A DNA stretch of 64,000 nucleotides, taken from assembly GCA_002269645.1 (NCBI GenBank), contig NIVC01001177.1, positions 248,001 through 312,000 on the forward strand, written 5' to 3'. This document shows, one piece after another, positions 38,331 through 50,419 of the stretch. The notes under the pieces were generated by a model. The model had not been told where the DNA came from. It saw only the letters and a list, made by a program, of their open reading frames with translations, and ran no database searches. The position numbers and the translations under genes are program-made. The DNA comes from Macrostomum lignano. Lineage: Eukaryota. Every line of letters begins with the position of its first letter. Positions within the stretch are counted from its first letter, which is position 1.

Positions 38331-38588
38331 GTAGGCCAACGCTATCTGCACGGCAAAGGCGTGGAGCAGCACCACGGCGAGGCGATGCGCTGGTTCAAGC
38401 ACGCGGCGGAGCGCGGTCACCCGCACGCGTCCTACAATTTAGCTGTCGGGCATCTGAAAAGCTTGCCAAGCGATTTAAAGCCGGGCGAAGCTCGCAAATA
38501 TCTGCACAGAGCAGCGGCTAAAGGCATTATTCAAGCTCACGATATGCTCAATGATGCCTGCGCTGAGCACGGAGCGTGTGACGATTGA
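38331..38588 (+). CDS. Small Sel1-like-repeat protein, exon 2
   Basis: Acceptor GAAG| at 38330, phase 0. VGQRYLHGKGVEQHHGEAMRWFKHAAERGHPHASYNLA matches the SEL1 repeat pattern (A...LG..Y..G.GV.....A..W...AA..G). Stop TGA. Confidence 0.85.
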   Translation, partial: VGQRYLHGKGVEQHHGEAMRWFKHAAERGHPHASYNLAVGHLKSLPSDLKPGEARKYLHRAAAKGIIQAHDMLNDACAEHGACDD

Positions 38589-38709
38589 ACTGAAGCACAC
38601 TGGTATTGATTTTTAGCAGGCTGGATGACACTAAACGCTTCACTAGTTATTCCAGCCATTTTGTGCACTTTTTGCAATAAAACTGAACTATATATAGCCC
38701 TAAACACTT

Positions 38710-39330
38710 CGTCTCAGCACTGCCACACAGACACTGTGTCTCAGCACCGCCACACAGACACTGTGTCTCAGCACTGCCACATAGACACTGTGTCTCAGCA
38801 CTGCCACACAGACACTGTGTCTCAGCACTGCCACACAGACACTGTCTCAGCACTGCCACACAGACACTGTGTCTCAGCACTGCCACATAGACACTGTGTC
38901 TCAGCACTGCCACATAGACACTGTGTCTCAGCACTGCCACATAGACACTGTGTCTCAGCACAATCACACAGACACTGTGTCTCAGCACTGCCACATAGAC
39001 ACTGTGTCTCAGCACTGCCACATAGACACTGTGTCTCAGCACTGTCACATAGACACTGTGTCTCAGCACTGCCACATAGACACTGTGTCTCAGCACTGCC
39101 ACATAGACACTGTGTCTCAGCACTGCCACATAGACACTGTGTCTCAGCTGCGCACTGCCACATAGACACTGTGTCTCAGCACTGCCACATAGACACTGTG
39201 TCTCAGCACTGCCACATAGATACTGTGTCTCGGCACTGCCACATAGATACCGTGTCTCAGCACTGCCACATAGACACTGTGTCTCAGCACTGCCACACAG
39301 TATGTGTCTCAGTACGTACTGTGTCTCAAC
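38710..39330 (-). repeat. 27-bp minisatellite, inverted relative to 32408-37020
   Basis: AGACACTGTGTCTCAGCACTGCCACAT is the reverse complement of the left array unit. Confidence 0.96.
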
Positions 39331-39889
39331 AATAACACATCCAGTCTATGTTTACAGCTCAGCAAGATCACTACTTTTTCGATGTCACATGATAACGTTG
39401 TTGTAGGCATCTATTTTAGGAAATCTGTCACGCACAGTTTTATCAATTCTGTCTGGTAACATAAAATAGTAATAAATAGTTGCAAAAAAGCTCGTATTGG
39501 TACAAATTGCATGAGTCTATCTGTATATTATTTCTATTTTCTGTCACTACTTGGCTCTAATTTGAAACAAGACGATTCATAGAGTCACGTTTAGTTATTA
39601 TTTGCACAGAAAATCAAAAGGCTGTCCAAATCTTAAGCAAAATTAGAATTTCCATCACGAAATCCGCGCAGTCCTCTGAACAATATTTCTGTGCAAGTTG
39701 TTCAGCTCACGGTTTTCATCAGTTGACTAAACATTGATCATTCTAGCCTCGAAACCATTCAACAAAGTACTCAATACCGACCCTGGAAGTAAACACCTCT
39801 GTCGATCATTGAATATTTAATTGGCAAGCAATTCAATTAGAAAATAAGATCAACAAGTGGATCTGTATACATGTCAAACATAAATGAAG

Positions 39890-40945
39890 CATCATGTCAA
39901 GCATAAAAGAATCGTCATGTCAAGCATAAAAGAATCGTCATGTCAAGCATAAAAGAATCGCCATGTCAACCATAAAAGAATCGCCATGTTAAGCATAAAA
40001 GAATCGCCATGTCAAACATAAAAGAATCGCCATGTCAAACATAAAAGAATCGCCATGTCAAACATAAAAGAATCGCCATGTCAAGCATAAAAGAATCGCC
40101 ATGTCAAGCATAAAAGAATCGCCATGTCAACCATAAAAGAATCACCATGTCAAACATAAAAGAATCGCCATGTCAAACATAAAAGAATCGCCATGTCAAA
40201 CATAAAAGAATCGCCATGTCAAACATAAAAGAATCGCCATGTTAAGCATAAAAGAATCGCCATGTTAAGCATAAAAGAATCGCCATGTCAAACATAAAAG
40301 AATCGCCATGTCAAACATAAAATAAGTGCCATGTTAAGCATAAAAGAATCGCCATGTCAAACATAAAAGAATCGCCATGTCAAACATAAAATAATCGTCA
40401 TGTCAAACATAAAAGAATCGCCATGTCAAACATAAAATAAGTGCCATGTTAAGCATAAAAGAATCGCCATGTCAAACATAAAAGAATCGCCATGTCAAAC
40501 ATAAAATAAGTGCCATGTTAAGCATAAAAGAATCGCCATGTCAAGCATAAAAGAATCGCCATGTCAAGCATAAAAGAATCGCCATGTCAAGCATAAAAGA
40601 ATCGCCATGTTAAGCATAAAAGAATCGCCATGTCAAACATAAAAGAATCGCCATGTCAAACATAAAAGAATCGCCATGTCAAACATAAAAGAATCGCCAT
40701 GTCAAGCATAAAAGAATCGCCATGTCAAGCATAAAAGAATCGCCATGTCAAGCATAAAAGAATCGCCATGTTAAGCATAAAAGAATCGCCATGTCAAGCA
40801 TAAAAGAATCGCCATGTCAAACATAAAATAAGTGCCATGTTAAGCATAAAAGAATCGCCATGTCAAACATAAAAGAGTCGCCATGTCAAACATAAAAGAA
40901 TCGCCATGTCAAGCATAAAAGAATCGCCATGTTAAGCATAAAAGA
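39890..40945. repeat. 23-bp minisatellite (CATGTCAAGCATAAAAGAATCGC)
   Basis: Period 23 (39901, 39924); about 45 copies. Confidence 0.96.
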
Positions 40946-41716
40946 AAGTTGCTCAAAGTTGCTCAAACATCATGTTACTTAAGACTGTACAATTGAGGTC
41001 AGAAACTACGTATAGTTTTTTCCATTTTTTTCCTTCTTGCCTCCCCAACGGCGGGATTCAGATAGTCTATGGCAAAACTTCATTCAGGGCTTTGCAAAAA
41101 AAGCTAATATTATAATTGAAACATGCCTTCGGCCCTCGTGATTTATAAAAATAGCTATAGCTCTCTCAAAAAGCATGGTTAAATCTACAAAACACAGCTG
41201 CATGTTGAGGTTGAGCTAGCTTTGCTCGTGAGCGCACCTCGATTGAAACTCGTGCCAAAGAAGTGCCAAAGCCCCCCCCCCGCTAGTACATTTTTTTACT
41301 CTACTTGAGTTGTCCACTAGCAACAATAGTCTCTTTGCTGTTTGCCTGCGAGTTTCTCTTGGCTATCGACTATAAACACGAAGACGATGCGTGACGATTC
41401 AAACGGGAATGGTCTGCCTTTGATCTTCTTTGGCTTAGTGATTAGCATTTCTTTATTAGTACTTCTGTATATGGTAGACTGAAGATTATTTTTGCTAAGT
41501 CTAACTATAACTCTTCGACTCTAATCAGCTTAAACGATGGAGATGCTCAATCTTCAAAGAAATGGCCTTTTGACACCTACGGACAGGTGATTTCAGCTCA
41601 TTTGTAAATTCAGAGGCGTGAATAATTAGCCAAATTGATAGATTTTCTTGTTGCTGGGCACTGTGCTGAGCAGAGGGCAGATGGCTTTTATTTTTAGCGG
41701 CACCAATTTTAACTTT

Positions 41717-41975
41717 GGCCAGTGAGGTTTGCCAGAGTGATGAATCGCGTGTGCTCTTTGGCGAGGAGGCACCCGACGAATGAACCACGGCACACCATCG
41801 TCGCTAATTCCGTCTGATCCTGCTGACTCATCGAGCAGGCCTGAATACGTGTGCCAATCCTGATTGATGTCTTCATAGATATCAAGAAGACATTTGACTC
41901 GGTCGTCAGGTCCGTGCTCCGAACAACTCCAGCTGGCAGGCCGCATCATCCGCGTTGAGTCCTACTGCTCACAGA
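41717..41975 (+). mobile_element. Internally deleted, decayed relic of the RTE-type LINE seen at 61329-62865
   Basis: Three joined pieces translate, allowing frameshifts, to ASEVARVMNRVLFGEEAP, FIDIKKTFDSVVRSVL and LQLAGRIIRVESYCSQ. Each matches the 61382-62815 ORF. Confidence 0.8.
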
Positions 41976-42227
41976 CACGGATTCGGTCGGTGGCGGCGGT
42001 CTTTCGTGGCTTTCGGTGAAAAGTACATTAATGAGATTGGACTATTGTCCTTTTTATCACTAAATCAACAGTGTTTTACCTTTAGGGACTTTCAAATTGC
42101 AAATGAGACAAGTATGACTGAGCTTCCTTGGTCAATTTACTGATTGATTTACAAGCCTGCTTAGTTTTTGAGAGGTCTTTCGTTGCAGCCAGCCACTAGC
42201 ATCTGTCGCAGGGACACTGCAGTTTGC

Positions 42228-43520
42228 GCCTCTGTAGCTGGCCTTTTCTGTAGCTGGCGCCCCCTCTGTAGCTGGCGCCCCCTCTGTAGCTGGCGCCCCC
42301 TCTGTAGCTGGCGCCTTCTCTGTAGCTGGCGCCTTCTCTGTAGCTGGCGCCCCCTCTGTAGCTGGCGCCCCCTCTGTAGCTGGCGCCTTCTCTGTAGCTG
42401 GCGCCCCCTCTGTAGCTGGCGCCTTCTCTGTAGCTGGCGCCTTCTCTGTAGCTGGCGCCCCCTCTGTAGCTGGCGCCTTCTCTGTAGCTGGCGCCTTCTC
42501 TGTAGCTGGCGCCCCCTCTGTAGCTGGCGCCTTCTCTGTAGCTGGCGCCTTCTCTGTAGCTGGCGCCCCCTCTGTAGCTGGCGCCTTCTCTGTAGCTGGC
42601 GCCTTCTCTGTAGCTGGCGCCCCCTCTGTAGCTGGCGCCCCCCTCTGTAGCTGGCGCCCCCCTCTGTAGCTGGCGCCCCCTCTGTAGCTGGCGCCTTCTC
42701 TGTAGCTGGCGCCTTCTCTGTAGCTGGCGCCCCCTCTGTAGCTGGCGCCCCCTCTGTAGCTGGCGCCCCCTCTGTAGCTGGCGCCTTCTCTGTAGCTGGC
42801 GCCTTCTCTGTAGCTGGCGCCTTCTCTGTAGCTGGCGACCCCACTGTAGCTGGCGACCCCTATGTAGCTGGCGCCCCTCTGTAGCTGGCGCCTTCTCTGT
42901 AGCTGGCGCCCCTCTGTAGCTGGCGACCCCTCTGTAGCTGGCGACCCCTCTGTAGCTGGCGACCCCTCTGTAGCTGGCGACCCCTCTGTAGCTGGCGACC
43001 CCTCTGTAGCTGGCGCCCCCTCTGTAGCTGGCGCCTTCTCTGTAGCTGGCGCCTTCTCTGTAGCTGGCGCCCCCTCTGTAGCTGGCGCCTTCTCTGTAGC
43101 TGGCGCCTTCTCTGTAGCTGGCGCCCCCTCTGTAGCTGGCGCCCCCTCTGTAGCTGGCGCCTTCTCTGTAGCTGGCGACCCCTCTGTAGCTGGCGCCCCC
43201 TCTGTAGCTGGCGCCCCCTCTGTAGCTGGCGCCTTCTCTGTAGCTGGCGACCCCTCTGTAGCTGGCGACCCCTCTGTAGCTGGCGACCCCTCTGTAGCTG
43301 GCGACCCCACTGTAGCTGGCGACCCCACTGTAGCTGGCGACCCCTATGTAGCTGGCGCCCCTCTGTAGCTGGCGCCTTCTCTGTACCTGGCGCCTTCTCT
43401 GTAGCTGGCGACCCCACTGTAGCTGGCGACCCCTATGTAGCTGGCGCCCCCTCTGTAGCTGGCGCCCCCTCTGTAGCTGGCGACCCCTATGTAGCTGGCG
43501 CCCCCTCTGTAGCTGGCGCC
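42228..43520. repeat. 18-bp GC-rich minisatellite, locus 2
   Basis: Same unit and orientation as 31545-32375, with locus-specific variants (GCCTTCT, GACCC). Confidence 0.96.
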
Positions 43521-45944
43521 TATGCATCTGCATAGCAACGGCCCATGGTAGCTGGTAGTGCTGGCACATAGATAATTCACTGTAGGCGAAAGTCCCAGGC
43601 TCGTCTGGCACATCTGGTGCATGTTGACTCAACGGCCAACATTTATATCACCCCATTCCACATGCAAAGCTGGCCAACTATCCATGATAAGTGCAGTTGC
43701 TCTTAGTTTCTAACTTGCACATACAGCAGTGTACATTGATTGAACAGCAGTTTTAGAAAAGTACGGGAGAGTTTTGTTTTGATGTGAGAGAGAATATATT
43801 TGACAGGTCATTTTGTAAACGATCCATACGCTGTTTTGATGAATTCAGGCCTACAAAAAAACATCTGCAATAAAAATTTCTTTCGCAGCCAGCTGTCTTG
43901 CAAATATCGGGATTAAGTGTAACATCTGTGTGTACATGTAGCTGCCCGTACTCAATCTGTCAGTGTATTACATGTTAGGTACTTAGGCGATAGCTCGTAT
44001 TATAGATGCAAACAACAGTCAAGCGGACACTGAACTCACTGACTTGCACAAAAAATGTATATGCATACGCAAAACTAGAGTGTCTTACATGCAAAGCCCA
44101 TAGCTACACATATATGTAGCATATAGTAAGGGAGATTCCTTTGCTGGCAAACCTTAACATCCAAACGTCCAGAAAGCATCAATACAAATGTTGCAATGGA
44201 TTTGGAATTGCTGTATAGATTCATTCAAAGCAATCGGAATTGTAACTTGATAGCTTGTGTTATATATTTTGGACACTAGCACTGATATTGGCGATAATTA
44301 TATAACTATTATTATACTTAGTAAATGCTATAAAGTACACGTATTTGTAATATAAAATAGGTTTTTTACTGTAGATGGTGAACTGCGCTAGTACCATAGC
44401 TACAGTAAATATTAAGGATTGAATAATAAAAGTACACCCCGTAGGCCATAATGGGACATTGAGAACTATAATTGCATCCTGATATTAAGGACGCATATCT
44501 TTCAATCTTCAAGTCACACCTCAGTTTTCATATCTCTAATTCTCTTACTCTTAGTAGGCAAGTTCTGAGTTTTTCTACTTTATTACTTGTTTCTATTTTC
44601 TAGGACCTACTGTGGGATTATTTTTTGCTGAGAGCTGTTTGTGTCTAGAGAGGTCAACCTGCATGTTGTTTGGACTGATTTTAATTATAACGATGACGAG
44701 ATCAACCTGTCACTTTTGGCGCATGGAAAGTGATCTTCTATAGCTGTCATTTTTCTTCTCTTTTTTGACAGTTTGATGATTTATGATCATTAGATGTCAC
44801 TTTGGCTCCAAATAGCACAATTGCGCTTTTGCTAATTCGCTTTAATCATGGGCAGAGTTTGAGACCGAAGTTTAAATCAACAGTGAAAAATTACTATAAA
44901 AATACCCAATGTGCTTCGACTCAGTTTGAAGTGTGGATTTAGCTAGATAGCTCATTTTTTCAGTTTTTGTAGCCATGCGGGCCAACTAGATGAGTGGGTA
45001 ATTTAATTAAAGGCGAAGGTTGCAGTGAATTGGAAAGCGATGCAATTCCCAGTCAATCAAGGACTACTGAAAGTACATACGAATTGCTTTATTAGTTGTT
45101 GTCCTTAATTGCAGTCAATTAATTAGTCAGACTCCAAAATTAAAAAAAATCATTCACCAGGCATGTACTTTAATGCAGCTTCAGGTGGTAGGAATGAGTC
45201 GTTAGAGTTGAATAAAGATAGCGCTTAAAACCTAAAGATGACCTGACAATCTGACATGAATGTCGATCGATCTGTCGGTCACATCCAAACCGTGTTACCC
45301 AAACTAATCTATATCTAAATTAATTATATGCTCGTCTATGCTAGGAAAAAGAGTGAATATCTTTTAGCTAATGAAACATACGCAACAAAACTTCTGGCAA
45401 TACACGTTACTGCATGTACAACTATCATATAAAACATTTTTGCAGTTATAACTATTATAGTTATAGTAAACTATTAACTATTATATTTAATACACTTTTA
45501 AAATATTGTACAGTTTCATAGGTCAAATTAATTCAATTAGTAAAATAATATCGGATTTTTTAACTAAAAATTCAAACAATCCATTTTAACTATAAAATAA
45601 AAAGCTTTTTACAAAAGTGTTTGTTTGTGTAAAGCTAATTTTCATTGTTATTTTAAAACTAATATTTTACAAGACATAACTTAGTATTTAAGCGTAAGCG
45701 ACGACGAACGTACACCTAATGGTAACCATTTGTATTGTAATATTGTAGGTAGACCCTGTAAGACTCGCATATTGTTTAGTTAATAATTCAGGAAAAGTGT
45801 TTTTAAAGTTGTCTGTGTAAAACAAAAAGCGAGAAACTATATTTTTTGTTTTTTTCCAAAGCCTGAAAGTAGTAATTAATAAATTAACACTAAATATTGT
45901 CATTGAATCCTTCACATTGTCCTTGCTTTAGTAGACATACAAAG

Positions 45945-45986
45945 ATGGAGTTTGAGAGCTTTAGTTTAAACCCTGCATTACTAAGT
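45945..45986 (+). CDS. DDX56: DDX56/Dbp9 DEAD-box helicase, exon 1 (MEFESFSLNPALLS)
   Basis: Not in the ORF track. Fits the Q-motif start (F....L...LL.AI..L.W..PT.IQ). Donor AGT|GTAAGT at 45987, phase 0. Confidence 0.7.
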
Positions 45987-48984
45987 GTAAGTTTTTAATC
46001 ATGTAAATTATAATTATGTTGCTGTTATAATATTAGTGTTATATACAAATATAAATCTGCATTTGGATACCTAATTTTACAATATTTAATTAAAATTTAA
46101 CAAATGGTAGAACTATAGGTAGGCTGACCTTTGTAAATTTAACTATTAATAATTTTAGATCCCATGTTGGGTATATATTACTAATAAAATTGAATAAGTT
46201 AGAGGTAGAATTAGATCCAGCAGATTTTAAATTAGCCCTTAGTAATATATAACTTTTTGTTTAATATTTATATTTTATAAATATATGAATATATATTTAT
46301 ATATTAAGTCTAAGACATACCATAGTCTGGATCATGCTTAGGTGCATACCTGAAAAAATTGAATAGTTACAAATGCATGTCAAAAAAATGGACTGCATAC
46401 CCATTCTCAAAACTATACTGGTATTGCAATAATAAATGACCTTTTTAAGTTGTAACAATAAATAACCTTTTTTAATTGCATGATGAACCCTTTTGGCAAA
46501 TAATTTGGTTAATTTTCTGCTTTTAAACAATACTAATTATAATAGAAAGTTGAAACATGCAAAGATTTGTTTAAATGCTTTATTACAAGCTTACTGCTTA
46601 AAAAACCTGGTAAGCTTGAAATTCATGCTTAAAAATGAACTTTTTAAAATCTTTTTTCTACTTCACAATAACTCTTCTGTGTGATTCTATAAAGTGCATG
46701 TAAGGTATATACATACACTATTTTCTTAGGAGTGATGCACATTAATTATGCATGCCTACTTTTGGTATACAAGGCCAATGCATATCCAAATTTTTGGGTA
46801 TATACTATATGATCTGGAGTGTAAAAGACACAGGAGAGGTCCCTTGTGCATGTGCACTTGCAACATAGGCAGGAAAAGTAGGTAGTAGCAGCCTGAGAGG
46901 TTGTCTCAAGTGCTTGCAAGTCAGTAATGAAGCTTATTATCCATATTTATTAAGCCAAGCGATTTAGTCCTTGTCTAAAAATATATGTATCCTAAAAACT
47001 TATATGACTGTATTTAGCTTTGTCTTATATGAATTAAATATCTAAATCACTATAATCTAATAATAAAGTTTTAAAATTAACAAAGTAATAGAAAATAATT
47101 CTACAAAATCTTAACTTCATATTTGCTTTATATCAGTATGTACCAAAAATAATGGAATTTTTTGGGTATACATATAGTCTTCCCAGTTGCAAAATTAATA
47201 AAGTCTAAAATCTTTGTCTTAATCAAATCTTGTATCATATTGTAATAAAAAATACTAATTCTCAAAAATCTTAAAAGTTGAATTTTATCCAACCCTTATT
47301 ATATATTTATATACTAGTAAAAGTTAATATGTACATTTTTTTAAACAGATATTCAAACAGACATTACTTCAAAACAATTATCTATAGTTTGTAACAAAAT
47401 TGACCTGCTTTGGCCATCTTTGTAGCAGATATTTATGGATCAAAGGAGCCTTGATTTATTTAGGCCTATTAAAACTAAAACTATTTTTAGATACATTGAT
47501 CCAAAAATGTATAGTAATGTACTAATTAGACATTGCTTTAATTTTGGCTAAAATTGTTTCAAATTTAATAGTTTTTTAAACCATGCCTATTTTAAAACTG
47601 CTCTTTTTTGCTCTCAATAATCTTAGCTTTAAAATGATACATGCAAAATGGCTTTATAGCTAAGATATTTGACAATAAACATTGTTTGTGCAAACTTATA
47701 TTTGGAAATTGTATTGATTTTTATTAATATTTATTTATATGCTATGTCTTATCTCTTTTTTAATAATTATCAAATAGAGCATTGCTACTCATTTTAAACA
47801 AAAATATTTAGTTTTTTTTATCTTTAGAGGATTTTCAAGAATATATCAATTGAGAAACAAACATTAATTCACTTAAAGAAAGTTGTGCTATGTGACAAGC
47901 TTGCTAAGGCAGGTATGTTGCAAAGCTATTAACTACTAAGCACAAAAATATGCAAGGAGCTACTTAGTGTAAAGTTCTAAAAATACAATAGATATTACAC
48001 ATAAAATGGAATAAAAGTAAAAAAAAAACTTATATAAGTGATTAAAAAATAAACAAATCCAAAGAGAAAAAAATTGAATAGTTGAAGAAAGTGAAAAGTT
48101 TTAAATTGCATTTAGAGCAAAGTTTTATTGCCTAAGACTTTCTAGATATAGGCATGTTGCATTTTTGTAGAAAACTGTCACATTGGCTAGGTTTAATTAA
48201 GGTTGGGCATGTATGCTATTAGAGTACCAAACTAGAAGTCCATATTAGAGTTTTGTCATAACTAGAATTTTTTTCAATATTTTTATCTATAAAGACATCT
48301 AATTTTTTTTATAGCCTATATATATCCGTACTTCCCTAATTTGCCATAAATTTTAATGACATTAAATTCAATGGTTAGTTTGTCTATCAGTCAGTCAGTA
48401 TAATATAGTATTGAAATAAATAATAATAGCAATAGCTTAACCTACCACTTTTTAACAGTGTCTTATTTATTTTTATATAAGAATGTAAATATTTAAAGAT
48501 ATAAATAAATAAATTCACTTTGTACTTTTACTTGTAGGCTTTTCTAAAAGCATTCGACAAATGGGTCTTATTGGTGACTCTACACTTTTTTGTGTCACAA
48601 ATCTTACAAGTTGCCAAATGTATATCACCATTGCACAAACAATAATTTCAAATAATTTGTCTTCTTAAACTTAAACTTAAATTTTAATTTTAAATTCTAT
48701 AATATAAAAGCTAATATTTTTCTATTTGTATATAATGTACATGTATACTTATAAAATGTACATTAACAATGTAAAAATTAAGGTCAAAATAGAGTCAAAT
48801 TGCTATTTGTTATAATACATGCTTAGCTGATCAAAAATCAGAATATACCCATTTTTGTTCAAATTAACCCTAAAAAATTAAAAAATCTAAAGTTTAAATT
48901 AGCACTAAAAGCAAGTTAGCAGAACCTGTACACTGCACAGTATCTACTCTAATCTTACAAATTTAATTTCACAATCCTGTTTAG

Positions 48985-49146
48985 GCCATCTCCGACCTGA
49001 ATTGGTTCGAGCCAACAGAGATTCAGCGTCACGTGATTCCCCTCATTCTCGATGGTAAAAATGTGCTCGCCTGGGCCCGAACAGGCAGCGGCAAAACTGG
49101 AGCATTCGCTGTTCCTATTGTGGAGAAGATTCTGCAGATTAAAACG
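48985..49146 (+). CDS. DDX56: DDX56 exon 2 (Q motif, motif I)
   Basis: TTTAG| acceptor; [14 protein letters not shown]...[14 protein letters not shown]; donor at 49147. Confidence 0.9.
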
Positions 49147-49209
49147 GTAATTTCATGTCATTTTTTTCACAGAGCTTGTGACTGTTTGAATAATAGCCCC
49201 TATTTCCTA

Positions 49210-49650
49210 GCTCCAACCTTACAGCCGATCCGCTCCATCTTACAGCCTATCCGCCCCTATATTACAGCCTATCCGCCCCTTTTACATCCTATCCGCCCCT
49301 ATCTTACAGCCTATCCACCCCCTACCTTACAACCTATCCGCCCCCTTTTAGAGCCTATCCGCCCATTTTACAGCCTATCCGCCCCTATATTACAGCCTAT
49401 ACGCCCCAATCTTACAGCCTATCTTCCCCCAATCTTACAGCCTATCCGCCCAAATCTTACAGCCTATCCGCCCCAATCTTACAGCCTATCCGCCCCAATC
49501 TTACAGCCTATCCGCCCCAATCTTCAGCCTATCCGCCCCAATCTTACAGCATATCCGCCTCCATCTTACAGCCTATCCGCCCCAATCTTACAGCCTATCC
49601 GCCCCAATCTTCAGCCTATCCGCCCCCATCCTGCAGCCTATCCGCCCCCA
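49210..49650. repeat. ~22-bp minisatellite (TTACAGCCTATCCGCCCCAATC) in DDX56 intron 2
   Basis: Seen directly. Confidence 0.92.
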
Positions 49651-49719
49651 ATATAAAAATCAAAGTCAACTCAAAGCTCACAGGTTTTACCCTCAATTTA
49701 ATTACCCAAAAAATCGAAG

Positions 49720-50249
49720 GCTCTCCCAGAGGACTCCGCCGAGCGCGCAGCCACTCGCGCCCTAATTCTGGCGCCAACCAAAGAACTCTGCGCCCAGGCG
49801 GCTGGCGCCGTTGCCCAACTAACAGCTTACTGCTCGCGCCTAATCCGCTGCGTGGACGCCTCCGCCCACGCCAGTACAGACGTGCTTCGGCCTCAGCTGC
49901 TTGAACGGCCCGACATTGTTGTTGGCACTCCTAGCGGCTTACTAGCCCACGTCAATGCCGGCAGTTTAACGTTGGAACCCGATAAACTACTAACAGTAGT
50001 TGTCGACGAGGCCGATCTAGTGTTCAGCTTTGGCTACGAGGAGGATTTCAAACAGTTGAGACAGCTGATGCCGGCCAAGTTTCAAGCGATTCTGGTGTCC
50101 GCTACGCTGGGCAGCGGCGATGTTAAAAGATTACGCAAGGCGTTGCTTAAAGCTGGCGTTTGGAGTCGGGTGGAGCTGACCGAATCCGCTTTGCTGCCCG
50201 GCCCCGATCAGCTGTTGCAGTATTCGGTGCGCTGCTCCGAGGAAGACAG
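49720..50249 (+). CDS. DDX56: DDX56 exon 3 (motifs Ia, Ib, II DEAD, III SAT)
   Basis: ILAPTKELC, VVGTP, VVDEADL, LVSATL. Donor AG|GT at 50250. The acceptor is 49719 or the in-frame alternative 49731. Confidence 0.92.
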
Positions 50250-50419
50250 GTGGGTCATTGCTTGATTTATGATGTCTGCTGCTTTTAGTGCTGGATGGGA
50301 TTTCTGTGTGGCTTGCGGGTTTGTAGGGATGGGATTTCTGTGGCTTAAAGTTAAGGATGGGATTTCAGTGTTGGGAAATGGATGGGATTTCGGTGGGGGA
50401 AAACGATAGCATTTCTCTC

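Noticed and set aside
41626-41949. 107-aa minus-strand ORF
   Set aside because: Antisense reading of the decayed RTE relic on the + strand.
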